The notes under the pieces: generated by a model
Database searches by the model: none
What the model was told of the DNA's origin: nothing
The model's input: only the letters and a program-made list of their open reading frames with translations
NCBI RefSeq assembly: GCF_964355755.1
Contig: NC_092671.1
Coordinates: 19,282,001-19,346,000, forward strand
Length of the DNA stretch: 64,000 bases
Direction of reading: 5' to 3'
From: Antedon mediterranea
Lineage: Eukaryota > Animalia > Echinodermata
Shown here: piece by piece, positions 40,801 through 53,700 of the stretch
How the letters are laid out: each line of letters starts with the position of its first letter
How positions within the stretch are numbered: the first letter of the stretch is position 1
Position numbers and translations under genes: made by a program

Positions 40801-42850
40801 TATTTAGAAAAAAGCCCTTTTTCAGTTTGCAAAAGCAATCTCGAAAAGTAGCACATCTCGAAAAGAGTCCTAAGAAAGAAGCCCATGGGCTTCTTTTCAA
40901 GGTTTTATGGTATAACTTTAGTCATCTTTGACAATTGATGACTGTTAAAATGGGACTTATTGTAAGTAAATTCAAATTAACTGTAATTTAGTTACCTGTT
41001 CTGGATTTGATACCATCATATGCATGTCTGTAAGAAAGATGTTCATAATGGTTTAGGCTTTAACAGTAACAGCAGCTAAACATCAATAAACAGGAGATGA
41101 ATAATGAGTTTGTAGTTTCAGTAGCGGATACAAGAATTTGAAATAGGGGTGGGGAGGGAGAAGGTACACAGGGCCTAAAAATAGTGTCATGAAGTGCTGA
41201 AGCATGTTAACCACCAAGCTACAGCTCCACTATCTTTTGCATTATAATTTTCGAGAGTCCGGGTTGACCTCTTACCTCCCGAATCAACTTAAAGAGTTTT
41301 GAGGCCCAGGATCTTGTTTGATTTACTATAGTTTATTTCTTTGACAAAATACAGACTCCCAAAATCTTGGCTTATGTATAACATTGTTTGGGTATATTAT
41401 GTATAGATTGTCACATATAAGGTTAACAAAATGATCAAGCTCTGAACGTGAGACACATGTTGTTGTTGAAAGATTTAAATCATCATTATTTTGAAAATGA
41501 TTTTTCCAACAGTAAGTAAACTGTACATACCAAAAAATGCAGTTGTAATTTTCTTACGTAGACACTTTACAACTGGGTGACCAAATGTAAGATTAGGAAC
41601 AAAGTGTCTGAAAAAAAAATCATAGTAATACAAGAGTTCAACCAAGCATCAAATTTGATTGACAATAGAAAATTTGTTTTGGGCACGTCAACAACAATAT
41701 CTAAACCTTCAATCAATTATCTATAAAATTATTACATGAATATCGTAAGATGTACTGTATGTTGTACAACTTCCTGGTGACTCATTTTTTCAATTTTGTT
41801 GGAATTTCCCATGCATGGTTTAGCCAAATAGCTAAGCTATAAGAAACATTTTGTAGTGATAAAACCATGAAGAAAATGAAGATTTCTTGCTGTTTTTTTT
41901 TCAATACACTCTGCCAGGCCAATTAAGAACTCGAACAGGACAGACAGACCAATTAATTTGGACATTAATGTATGTATAGTATTATGATTTACATATCATT
42001 GAAAGAGAGTTGCAGACCTCTTAACATGGCTAAAAATAATGGCTATTGTTAAGGTCCATTTACAATCAGTAACGGTAGCAGAAAACTGCGCAAAATATGT
42101 ATTTATCACTGGTTTTTGCTCAACCACCTATCAAAGTTTTGTGTGTAAAAAGTCATATTTTTTGTTTTCCGCTTACCGTTCCTCTTGTCTGTCTGTAAGT
42201 TAGCCATTAAGCTAGTTTCAAATTTGGGCAGAAATCACCAAAAAAAAATGGTAGTGACACAAACTACATCTTATTTTTCTAACAAAAAATAATTCTATCG
42301 AGTAAAAATAGTCAGTAAAATTCTGATTCATCTGAAGATTTTTTTTTTTTTTGGAGGGGGTTGATTTGATTTCAAACATTCATGCTCCCATATTCATCAA
42401 TCACAAGCATACCTAAAGAACAAGCTGTGATGAGGGATAGGCGCTTTATGCGGACTATAGGCCCTAAGAACAAGTTAGGTCATGTTAATTCATTGTGCAC
42501 ATGTGGGAAAGTCGGGATGTGATTCCTCCCTATATTCCACAGACACAGTTTTGTGGTTTCTAGGTCCAGATGACAACAGTGAGGTCGTCAGTCGTCGTAA
42601 ATACTATAAGTTTAGGCTGCATTATGATTTGTGTTTATAAACAAAAACATTGTTTGATAGTTTTTCAATAGAAATCATTATTATTATTATTTCAATAGAC
42701 AAATATAAATATTTACCCATCCATTACGTCCAAATGCAAGTAGTCTGCACCACTATCAAGCATCCTTTGACATTCATTTGCAAGAATTGACAGGTCAGAG
42801 TTCAATATAGATGGCCCAATCTTACATGTGTAATCTGAACTACATGCCAT
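31538..42850 (-). CDS. RPE: Ribulose-phosphate 3-epimerase, 7 coding exons
   Basis: Exons (minus): 42850-42717, 41607-41531, 41027-40996, 39130-39023, 37069-36935, 32131-32045, 31660-31538 (696 nt, 231 aa). Motifs [69 protein letters not shown]. Confidence 0.97.
33304..36295 (+). mobile_element. P-element superfamily (THAP) DNA transposon, internally deleted, 2992 bp, in an RPE intron
   Basis: TIRs CAAAGATCTTATATACTAAAGATG(T/G)GACACT (31 bp, 1 mismatch) at both ends; perfect 8-bp TSD GTAGGACC at 33296-33303 and 36296-36303; THAP and P-transposase remnants inside. Confidence 0.93.
33461..35387 (+). pseudogene. Disrupted THAP-domain P transposase (THAP9/P-like)
   Basis: Exon 33461-33573 [38 protein letters not shown], then a GT-AG intron, then 34464 onward [13 protein letters not shown], a frameshift, and [18 protein letters not shown] (THAP C2CH). 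This is joined directly to [26 protein letters not shown] (catalytic Glu region). C-terminal remnants [15 protein letters not shown] and [17 protein letters not shown] carry stops and frameshifts. Confidence 0.85.
38762..38867 (+). mobile_element. Helentron-associated (DINE-1/HINE-like) short element
   Basis: TTTAGTCGGGTG..GTGACTCT 5' end, GTCA/GTCG-type microsatellite, CGCGACT sub-inverted repeat, 3' hairpin GCCATGTATATGGC followed by CTTGTTT. Confidence 0.55.
39366..39550. repeat. Tandem duplication, two units of about 86-99 bp
   Basis: AAACTAAACCTACT...TTCACAGTG...GTATAGTGTTTATTGTTTGGTAGGGCCCTTGTAGGG.GGTGT occurs twice in succession. Confidence 0.85.
40636..40785 (+). mobile_element. Degraded LINE apurinic endonuclease fragment
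   Basis: Translates [48 protein letters not shown], a CR1/L2-type APE segment with two stops. Confidence 0.6.
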
Positions 42851-43587
42851 GATTATAGATTTACAGTAGAACTATTAAAAAAAGAATTTTCCCATAAATA
42901 TTAATATTAAAAATACGTAGACCAAAAAGAGCAGAGCTCAATCAATTTGTTCAACTATTTAAAATAAAGTTATTAGGCTACTACTAACAAAACAAAAATG
43001 TAACATTTTTTGACAAAATCAAAATTTAAATGATCTATATCAGTCACATTTTAAGCTAGAACGTAATACCTCCACCTACTGTAAAATTCTCCTACATAAG
43101 ATTTCACCTAAAAAAGAAATTTAATTTTTTTATTTTCGTGTCTTAATGCTGTGTGCGATTAGGCTAATTTCAATACAACCATGTGTAATGCGAATTTAGT
43201 GTATGGGTTATGTAACCAGCCTTTCAACAACAAGTTTCAGTTGACTAACAATAGAACAGCAACGGCAAAAACGGGTGAATGTGAAAAGAAATAGGTTTTT
43301 TAAAACTACTCGTATCAAAAAACTTCATGTACATTAAATCAAATTATGTTAAAAAATTATAAATTCCAAATTATAACTCTTAATTGCCTCTTGTACAAAA
43401 ATTAATTTTTGGAAAAGTAGTCCTGGAGAAAATGCAATTTTAGTTTACTTGCTCACTGGCTTTTGAAAATTGTCTCCTATCTTTTAACACTAGCAGATCT
43501 GAAAATAATACATTACATAACTCCTTGGCGGAGGTAAATAACAGATACAAGGCCTAGATAGCTAGGCAGGTATCAGCTACAAGGCAG

Positions 43588-44044
43588 GGGTGTCTCGAAA
43601 ACAGAGACCTGAGACCCAGGGTCTCTGTTTTCGAGAAAATCTCGAAAACAGAGACCCCCACTAAAACGTCTCAATATTACCTAATATAGGGGGTCTCCCC
43701 CCACTAAAACGTCTCAATATTACATTATATAGGGGGTCTCGAAAACAGAGACCCCCTATATAACGTAATATTGACTTAATATTGAGACGTTTTAGTGGGG
43801 GTCTCTGTTTTCGAGTTTTTCTCGAAAACAGAGACCCTCTATATAATGTAATATTGAGACGTTGTATTGGGGGTTTCTATTTTAGAGAAAAACTCGAAAA
43901 CAGAGACCCCCTATATAATGTTATATTAAAACGTTTTAGTGGGGTCTCTGTTTCGAGAAAATCACGAAAACAGAGACCCCCTATATTACGTAATATTGAG
44001 ACGTTAGAGACCCTGGGTCAAGGGTCTCTGTTTTCGAGACACCC
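43588..44044. mobile_element. MULE/Foldback-type MITE, 457 bp
   Basis: TIR GGGTGTCTCGAAAACAGAGACC; perfect 10-bp TSD TACAAGGCAG at 43578-43587 and 44045-44054; about 11 copies of CGAAAACAGAGACC in both orientations. Confidence 0.92.
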
Positions 44045-44399
44045 TACAAGGCAGGTGCAACACACTACATTCAACTTCAAAGGCTCAGCTAGCTCTAATA
44101 TCTCAATGAACTCTGTTTCTAAGGCCCTGGCTAGGGCTTAGGCCATGTCTGTCTACCTACCTACATAGCCTAGACTAGGCCGGCCTAGCTAGGTAGTTAG
44201 TAGAGCTATCATATCGATCATAATGATAGGCTATAGATAGGCCTAGGCCCTATACCTAGTTAGGCCTAGTAAAGTATTGCTATTATTAGTAGTACACTAC
44301 GGTGCTAATGCAGTTTATGATTGCACTTATTTGATTGGTTAAAAACAATTATCATTATTAGTAAATCATATCTTACTAATACTAGCTGTAGTATACACA

Positions 44400-44744
44400 A
44401 GCTATTTCATGGGGAAAAGGATATTAAACACACGTTTATTAGTTTTTACAGTAGGATAAGATGTGTGTGTCCTCCGATCCAAAAGGTTTCCTGGTACACA
44501 ATACGTTCACCCCTTTACTGCAGGACGTCGTCAGCTCTTAGCAAATTAAAACAGTTTTAAATTACTTCAAATGACCATAATTTTTAAAGCAAAAGTATAC
44601 TGTTATTAATCCAATAATAATCTTTAAAAAATAAAAGGAATTATTTTACTGTTACATTTTGTTTAAAAATGTATTTAAATTTATTTAATTTGTTTAAATA
44701 TTGATCTTTTATTTCATCCAGATTAAAATCCAAGATGGCAGCAC
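44400..44744. promoter_or_regulatory. Probable bidirectional promoter region of RPE and DHX30
   Basis: The start codons are head-to-head and 1.9 kb apart. The RPE ATG exon has an acceptor 21 nt upstream (AG at 42873-42872), implying a further upstream non-coding exon. A YY1-like CAAGATGGC overlaps the DHX30 ATG. TSS positions are inferred, not seen. Confidence 0.45.
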
Positions 44745-47700
44745 GCATGGGATGGAAATGTGGATCACATTATCTTCAAAACTTTACTGCTAGATCTTCT
44801 TACTGTTTGATGAATGTGACTGCCTATGATTTTTGCTTGTTATTTCAAATTCGTAGTAGCCATAGAAATGTATCTAGTACAATTAAACCTAAAACCCGTT
44901 CTAAATTTGGGTCGGGTATTGCAAGCCCCGTCACGGTTATTTCCGATTCCGAAAACACAAAAACAAATGAAGGAAGTAAGTACATAATTAGCGGTGAGTT
45001 ACATGTATGATGTGATAGACGTAATTGACTAGTTTTTAGAGTAAATTATCATTTAGTCATTTTTTAGTGTTATATACGTGTAATCGAACTCAATTCAGAC
45101 TTTTTTTTGACGCTGTGGCTAAAGATATGGTACCATTATATCCTAACTTCCTAAAGGTACGAATTCGAGACGATTCAGTCGGGACTTTTCGGTCCACTTT
45201 TGGTGGGACTTTTCAGCCGAAACATCTCACTTTAGACCAAATTCATATACATTTGTTTTGGTATTTATCAAGTTATTAAAGACTAAAAGGTAATCCGTAT
45301 TTTATTGATATTGGCAATGAGTTGATATAATTAATATATAAAATAAATTACTAAATAAATGTAATTTTGTATTCAATTTATTACTTCAAAATATTTGTTT
45401 ATTTTTAGTGCATTCGCCAACAGAGGGCGAAACTTGTTTTCATCAGTCAGTCGCATGACTAAAGAATGATCAATTTCGACAGTGTTTTAAAAATGTTTGT
45501 TATATTGCATCTTTATCCCTAGTAGTACTACCCATAGTCTCTGAAAATTAAGTTTGGGGAAAAAAGCTTATTTATGCTTATAAAATGCATACTGTACCAA
45601 AGCTGATAAATATGTGCCGAATCGGACGGTACGGTAAAATTAATAAAACTCGTCTTAAATAATAAAACTCGTCCTAAATAATAAAACTTGTCCTAAATAG
45701 TAAAACTCGTCCTAAATATTAAAACTCGTCCTAAATATTCAAAACCCAACCCTCTAAATAATCTCTCTTAAATTTTTTTTTTAAAATTGTCAAGCGGAGA
45801 ATCGATCCCTGCAAACCCTAGACCATATTCTCATCACAAACCCACCATGCCACACAGCTGGCTTGCAGAAAACCATTTCCATAACCTATGGTTACATAAT
45901 GTTTAGAAGTATGGATACGGTATCGTACCTTTAGTCATAGCGTTTTTTTATTTCAGCACAGAGTAGTACTTGATAAACAAAGCTTGATAACCTTACTTAT
46001 AACATCCTGAATTGATAAATAATGTAATTAAAAAAACATTAAACATTAAAAACAATGTGGCTGCATCCTACGCCTACCTATATACAATTATATTTTTTAA
46101 TATCAATAAATTATCTTCATCCAGTTATCCTCTTCAATAAAATACCTGACATCATTCATAATGTTCTCTATCTATTGTGCATTAACCCATAATAATATAT
46201 ACAGTAATTCACACGTTTCCCACTGAATATTACAATAAAAAAGCGACAATTGCTGATGCAACAGAATATGTTTCACTTCCGATTTTTCTATGCACTAACC
46301 TACACACTGTAAACTTGATTGTTTAAAAAAATGTTAAATCTCGCTCCAATGTGATGAGTATAAATATTTGTATAGGTTGTTTTTTAAATACTAATTTTAA
46401 CTATTCTATCTAAACTTGAAGTGCAATTATATAATTACACCTGCCTATAAAATGCATTTTATCAATTTTTTGTCTTTTCTCTTTTGTGATAGTACAAACT
46501 ATATGTGACACCTGACCCATAGAATGTGTGTATTTCATTATCCATCTACATAAAAAGTTTGCAATTATATTATTAAATTTTTGTTTTCAAATTTTATATT
46601 TAGCATTTTTGTTAAAAGATGCTCGGCAGGCACTAAAAGAATTTGAACGTCCTAAACAAATTCTGAACAATCTTGTACAACAAAACCAATTGAAAGGAAA
46701 ATATGTAGAATATAAAACCACAGGTGACCAGTTGAAACAGAGTGTGCTTACTGTTCATTGGCCTGTACAATTTGAAATTGTAACGACTGCTAGGAAAAAA
46801 GTTGAAGCAGAGAAAATGGCAGCAGCCCTTGCTTGTTCGAAACTAAAGGTTTGTTTATTTATTTACTAAAGGTTTTATTTTATTTATTTTGTACTAAAAA
46901 TGCCAATAAATTAATAGTGACATTACATGATGTTCCATGCAACTACATAGCTGTTGAGTCGAAAAGTCATTCTGTGTGTTCATATGTTTCTGTTAGACTC
47001 AATTAAATTGGAAGTGGAGTTATTTTATAATGAGGAAAACCCTTGATAGGATTGGAAGTTATAATAACTTGACTATCTATTAATCAGGCAGTTCATTGCA
47101 AATATGGAATTCCTGCCTCAGCATGCAAAATAGAATGTTATCAAACATAAACTAGCTAGTATTTTTATAATATTTTATATAGATCATCCTCAAGCTTTGA
47201 TTAAACTCTCTTCTCCAATAATCATATGCCAAAGTTGGTCAATTGTTATTCTGTAATGTTGTGAAGGTCTCAAAACAGCCCGGTTACACTGCCTTTATAT
47301 TTTCAACTCTTAAACTCTTCAACAATCATTACAAATTTTTTTTCAGAATTTAGGTTATTTAGACAAGCACAACCGTGCACGCATTCCTGGTAAATCAATA
47401 CTTCATGAAAAAAGTGATGTAAAAGAATTTTTGAAAATGGATCTTCAGCCTTCTTGGATATCTCTAAATTCAAAACTTAAAGGAGAAGTTCTTCAAGGGC
47501 TGGAAAATCTGAAGGTATTATTTTGCTTCATATTATGTGGGATTTTACTATATCTTGAACCAATTAAACATATTAATATTTACTTTATGTTTCATTAGTA
47601 CAACCTTCAAACCAATGTCTGGATTGGTATTTTAGGTTTTTTGTGATGCTGTACATTGCCACCATTCGTGGATGGACATGCCATTTGAACGTTTCTTCTG

Positions 47701-50700
47701 CAAAAACTCCAACACACCCCTCCCACTCAGTCAGTACTTAAAAACACACCTTTTTCAGAATTTGTATTGACCTTGCTTAATTCTTTATTGGCACTAAATA
47801 AATTTATCATTTCGTAGTTATTAAACAAAGGTGGCTATTTTCATGATGACTGATCTTTGGTCTACATTAATAAAAGGGAAAATTGATGTTGTTTTTAGGT
47901 AGAGTTCAATATAATTGATTGTAAGTTTTTTTATTCCTATGTTTAGCATTTCAGACGCTCGTTTGATCAAGAACACACCAGTGGATTTCTAGACTCATTT
48001 TTGGATAAATCTGAATCAGAATATATTGATGCAATTACTGGAAAACCTTTAGTTTCAATTTCAGATGATCTAAAGCATGCAAAAAATTTAAGGTTATTAA
48101 ATGGACAGAATGATTTAGAATATTCAGAATCCAATCAAAGGAAAGAGGCAGCTGCACTCCCTATTGCTAAAATGAGGTACTGTAACTGATTTATATTTTC
48201 CTATAACAATGCGAATGGAAGATTTGTACACAATTTTGAATTGCAATTTCATTTCATTTCATCACCTGATATTTTATTACATTTTTATTTACTAATAGGG
48301 AGGAGATTCTGTCAATTATTAAGAGCAATCAGGTGGTTGTTTTATCAGGAGAAACTGGCTGTGGAAAAACAACGCAAGTTCCACAATATCTTTTTGAAGA
48401 CTTTATCCTAAATGAGAAAGGGTCAGAGTGCAATATAATTGTAACACAGGTAATGGGATATTCATATTGTTAAACACTTGGCCTAGTATATGAAATAATT
48501 GAATAGTTCATAATAATTTAATTTGTCAAGAAAATAACAAATGTTATTTGTTGGGTTGAACATTCCTTCACCCTACCCATATTGCTACAAAATCTAACTA
48601 TGTTGTACAATAACAAAATCAGCCAATTATTTATTCAAATTTCTCCCAACTATAGTAATAGTAGACAACTTAATAGACATCATATATAAAAGGTAATCAT
48701 GGGGCCATTATACAAATAATGAAATTTTATGAGTAAAGTCGATGAATATTAAATTGAAAGATGAACTGGTGGTCTCTTTAACTAGGTCCATCACAAATAT
48801 GGCATTAGGAATCTGGTCGCAAAGTATGCCAAACAGTCACCAAAATGTTCACAAAAAACCTAAACATGTTATTTTTTATTTTAACTTTATTACTATACTT
48901 CATAGCCACGTAGGATCAGTGCTATTTCAGTGGCTCAACGAGTTGCAAGCGAACGAGGAGAACATGTGGGGAAAACAATTGGCTACCAAGTAAGACTGAA
49001 CAGTAAGCTGCCACAATCAAATGGATTAATTTTATTTTGTACAACTGGTATACTGCTTAAGAAACTACAAACAAACCCAACCCTTAAAGGTAGATACTAG
49101 CTGTTAATACATTTTTTAAAGAATTAATAGTAGGTGTGTAACTCCTAATAAAGAAACAGAACACATTTTAAGAATTTGACGTTTCGATCTATTTAATCAT
49201 TTTTAAAAATCTAATGAGCATGGCTCATTTATTATGCTTGGAAGTAGCACCTTCAGCATTCGGTCTACTGCCCAAATTTCTAAGAGATTGATGTGGGCTA
49301 ACGCCTCCTCGACAATCCAAACGCCGGAGTTGTGACTTTGGTTGGAGCAACCACCCCAACCTGCTTTGGACGCGTCCGTTTCTATTCGGGTGTCTGGAAT
49401 TGATCTCTGAATTGATTGGCCATCCATTAGCCACCATTGGAAGTGCGTTATAATGAACGCCGACATTGGGACCACTTTGTCTAATGAATCTGAACCTGCC
49501 CGGTGGAAGGCTAACAGATAAAGTTGCAGCGGCCGCATCCGTATGGAACTAGATCTACAAAGCTGGCTAGGAAACATAGCATTCTCAGCCAGTCATATCA
49601 GGCCTTGTATAGCAGCAAGGGCTGTGGTTACCCGTTTCTGTGAGGGGCACACTCTGCCTGACACGTCGTCTAGATACATAAATATGCAAATGCCGTGCTT
49701 GTAAAAGAACGAGCCAAGTGCTCGAACAATGCACGTGAACACGCGCGGGGCCGTTGATAGGCCAAACGGCATCGCAACAAACTGGTAGAGACAAGATTCG
49801 AAACCGCAACCAACGTTGGTTTTCTTTTGCGATTGGTACGTGAAAGTACACATCTTTTAAATCTATCGATGCAGCCCAGTCTCCTTGACTTAGCCCTAAT
49901 GGGATTGATGAGACTGTCTCCATCTGCAACCTGCGGGGCCAGAAAAAGCATTTGTTCAGATGTTTAAAATTTAGAATTAGTCACCAGTTCCCCAAGGACT
50001 TCTCGGTTAAGAATACGATTGATTCGTGGCCCGAGCCCGCATGATGTTCTTCAACCCTTACTACGGTTCCTTTGTGGAGCAGCACGGCAATCTCGTCCAT
50101 AAGCATTCGTTGCATTATTGGATCTTTGGGGATTGTGTCGGAGGAGGACCTCCACACACTGGAGGGCTCGTGAATTCTATGTGGTAGCCGTAGCTTAATG
50201 TGGAAAGAATACAGCTGTCTACCATCAGCTTCCCCCACTCTCGGACGAACCGTAGGAGGCAACCTTCCACTGCGAGCCCACTTATCTTCTTTTCCGGTAA
50301 ATTTCCCTAAAAGAGGTCCATGGCACAAAACGACCCGCTGGTTGGAGGCAATTGAACCTCCGCGCGGTGGCCGAGGTCAATGCTATCGTTGCTTGTTGGT
50401 CTGCGACCAGGCCAGTATTCCGGATCTGCGAGGAACAAAAGGAGGTTGCCCGACATTAAGACCGTTCTTAATGTCTCACAGGTGCCACGGTCGACTGTGT
50501 GCTTTAGTGGAGCACGCACTCCAAAGGTGGAATATCTTTTCGATGCCGGCGCGGGCGTGTCGGAGCATCGTACGCGTACTAGACTTCAATGTACGATAGT
50601 ACGGCTGGAACTTCTGATTTAAAAGCGAGTTCTAAATTCTTATAGCCGCTTTCACATTTTTCCCATTTTCACACATGCTCATACTGCATTTAACCTCATC

Positions 50701-53700
50701 CTTTGCACAGCCACCAATATGACTAATCAGGGTATCATATCAATCATCATCGCCCAACGAATTATGATCACAATAAATTCGAAAATCATCAAGCCATTCT
50801 TTTAAGGTAAGGTCCCCAGGAGATCTTGGAACACCCTTAAATTTTAATAACTTAATCGGAGGAGCTTTCTGAACCAAAACGCCATTTAAGACATTAGTTA
50901 ATGCTGCAATCATCATTAACGCCATCGCCGCTTGCAGCTGCTGCTTCTTCAGATTTAGATTTGCCTAGCGACATTGCAGAAAGTGAATTTGTGACAAAAT
51001 GGAAATTTGGGTGTTACTTCTTTTAATCTTCCTTATTGCTAAGGAAGATCCCGATTCAAAACGGATCAAACAATATAACAAATGCAGGTCCTGCAACCGG
51101 CATAAGAATATAATAAATATCCTGTCACAAGTCGTCTGGTAATCAGCACGTGAGTTAGGAATTTTGTATAGTACAATGTACAACAACATATCACATTTGT
51201 ATTATACGTCATCGGTACTTTTATCATAATTAATTAATTAAAGATATGGAATGACCTGGTTTAATGTTTTATTAGTAAGTATTCTATGCATTATTTTTAC
51301 AAAATGTCAACACTGCAGGGAAAGTTTCTTTAAACTAATTATTAAATTAAATTATACGGGATTACACGAAATTTCTAGATTTTTCAAATGTTGTTATATT
51401 AATTATTTTAAATGACATTTTGTATCTTTTTTCTAATATTTTCATAGGAATAAGTCATGTAATCATTGATGAAGTTCATGAAAGAGATGTAGATACAGAT
51501 TTTCTATTGATATTGATCAAGAAATTTATCCAAGATAATCCAAATATACATGTAGTATTAATGAGTGCTTCAATAAATGCATCAATGTTCAGTGAATATT
51601 TTGACAAGTAAGTTACACTAATAATTGTCGTATTTGAGTGGGACCGTTGAGTAGTTTTTCCGTTGAGTACTTATGTTACGGAGTATTTTGAGCGTTGAGA
51701 TTGTTTTTAACGAAAAAGCTTTCGTTGTCAAAGTTTTCTATTCGAATAACTTTCTGTTGAGCACAAAAATTTACAATTCGAATACAAAAAGTACTCAACG
51801 AATCTTTACGTTGACAACGAAAGTTCCCAATCGGATATGACAAGTAATACATTTCAATTTGTCAAAAACCAAATAAACTAGGCCACAATTATTAACCACA
51901 CTCTTTGATAGTAACTTTGATTTGCAGAAATATAGCAAATGTTTAAGCTATTATTATGAAGTCTTAGACCCAAAGTATATACTGTATCTTCTTTTTTCTC
52001 TATAAATTAGGTAAATTACTGAAATAATGGACAATGGGTATCTGTAGTGTTTTTGTATGTGCACAGCTGGCCCCTGGGAAGACCAACCATATGTTGATCT
52101 GGGCATTTGGGTGAATTGATCTCAATGGAGATACTGTACAGATCAAATAAGCAAATAGCTAGATCGAAACCATAAAAGTAAAAGAGCCAGAAATAAATTG
52201 CAGAGCCTTATGCAACACCAAATTTTTTTAAATAATATAATTTGCCTAAATCAATCTTTTATTTTTGAATCTCTGGTCCATTGAAAATAAACAAATCTCG
52301 TATAATTAACAAATTTAAATAAAGTATATACAGTAAGTGACTAAGTACAACATGACTCACTCTCATCTCAGAATAATATTCTATCTGGAGAGCTTCTTAG
52401 ACGCATAATACATTATGTACTAACATTGAGAACCTACTATATATTCAGGCCATGTATCGATTTTCTTAAAAATTTATAAAAATATAGAATCTACATTCTG
52501 TAAAGCTCATAATACAATGTCAAATTATTTAATTTCCCTGGTTTGTAATTATTCTCTTTATATTTAGCTGTCCAATTATCACAGTGCCTGGCTTTACATA
52601 CCCGGTTAAAGAGTTCTTTCTACCTGAAATACATAAGTTGATTGGTTACAGGAGTCGGAGGTCACAAAATAATAGCAATAATGAGACCATGCTGCAACAC
52701 CCTTTTACTGATGTTGATTGTGTTGTTGAACTTATAAATCACCTTGATCAAACCAAACCAGAGGTAAGTCCATTATACATGAGTACATGTACACCAGTTT
52801 AAAAAGAAGGTTTTTTATCAAACAGCTGCAATTATGGCTTTCTCATAAATTTGAACCATCGGTAAACAAAGGGAAATAACCACAATTATATAACAATGAT
52901 AAATTTAATGCTAACATTTAGCAAAACAATGTATACAAATCGAATACTCAAATAAATGAAAGTCTTACAGATAACAGTTTTTTCAATAGCGAAAGTATCC
53001 CAACTTTAACTGAAGAAAGTAATATAATCTGTGAAGGAGACCTGACAATCAGAGAATGTTACAATGCCCTTAAAGGCATGCCACAAAATAAAAGCCTTGG
53101 TAATGACGGTTTATCAAACGAATGGTATTTAAAATTCTGGGATATTATAGGTCCAATAATGGTAAAAACACTTAATATTGGTTTAAATAGCGGAAAAATG
53201 AGTACCTCACAGAGACAGATGGTAATAACTCTTATTGAAAAAGAAGGCAAAGACCGATGCAAATTAAAGAATTGGAGACCATTTCATTACTAAATGTGGA
53301 CTACAAAATAGCATCGAAAGCACTATCCACTAGATTAAGCCAGTTTATTCCTTCCCTTATCCACATTGATCAAACCGGTTTTGTAAAGGGCCAATACATT
53401 TGCCAGTCAGTACGAACTATTGAAGATATTATGGAGTTTACTAAAATAAACAATATTCCAGGAATTATGCTTTTTTTGGACTATGAAAAAGCATTCGATT
53501 CGCTTGAATGGGGTTTTTTGTTTCAGGTTTTAAAAAAAGTAAACCTCGGAGAAAAATTTATTCAATTCATAAAAGCATTATATACTGATATAAGTAGTTG
53601 CGTCATAAATAATGGGCAGTCATCAAGTTATTTTCCAGTTGGAAGGGGTGTACGACAGGGTGACCCCCTCAGCCCTTACTTATTTATCCTATCAATAGAA

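Noticed and set aside
43588-44044. Regularly recurring motif resembling a CRISPR array, and ORF 43782-44141
   Set aside because: The repeats alternate in orientation, the spacers are themselves repeated, and the unit has TIRs and a TSD in a eukaryotic context with no cas genes. It is a foldback transposon and the ORF is a by-product.
45640-45740. 20-bp tandem repeats
   Set aside because: Simple minisatellite without unique spacers, inside a TIR element.
50198-50622. Plus-strand ORFs of 133 and 80 aa in a GC-rich patch
   Set aside because: Antisense to the degenerate DIRS remnant; no independent coding signature.
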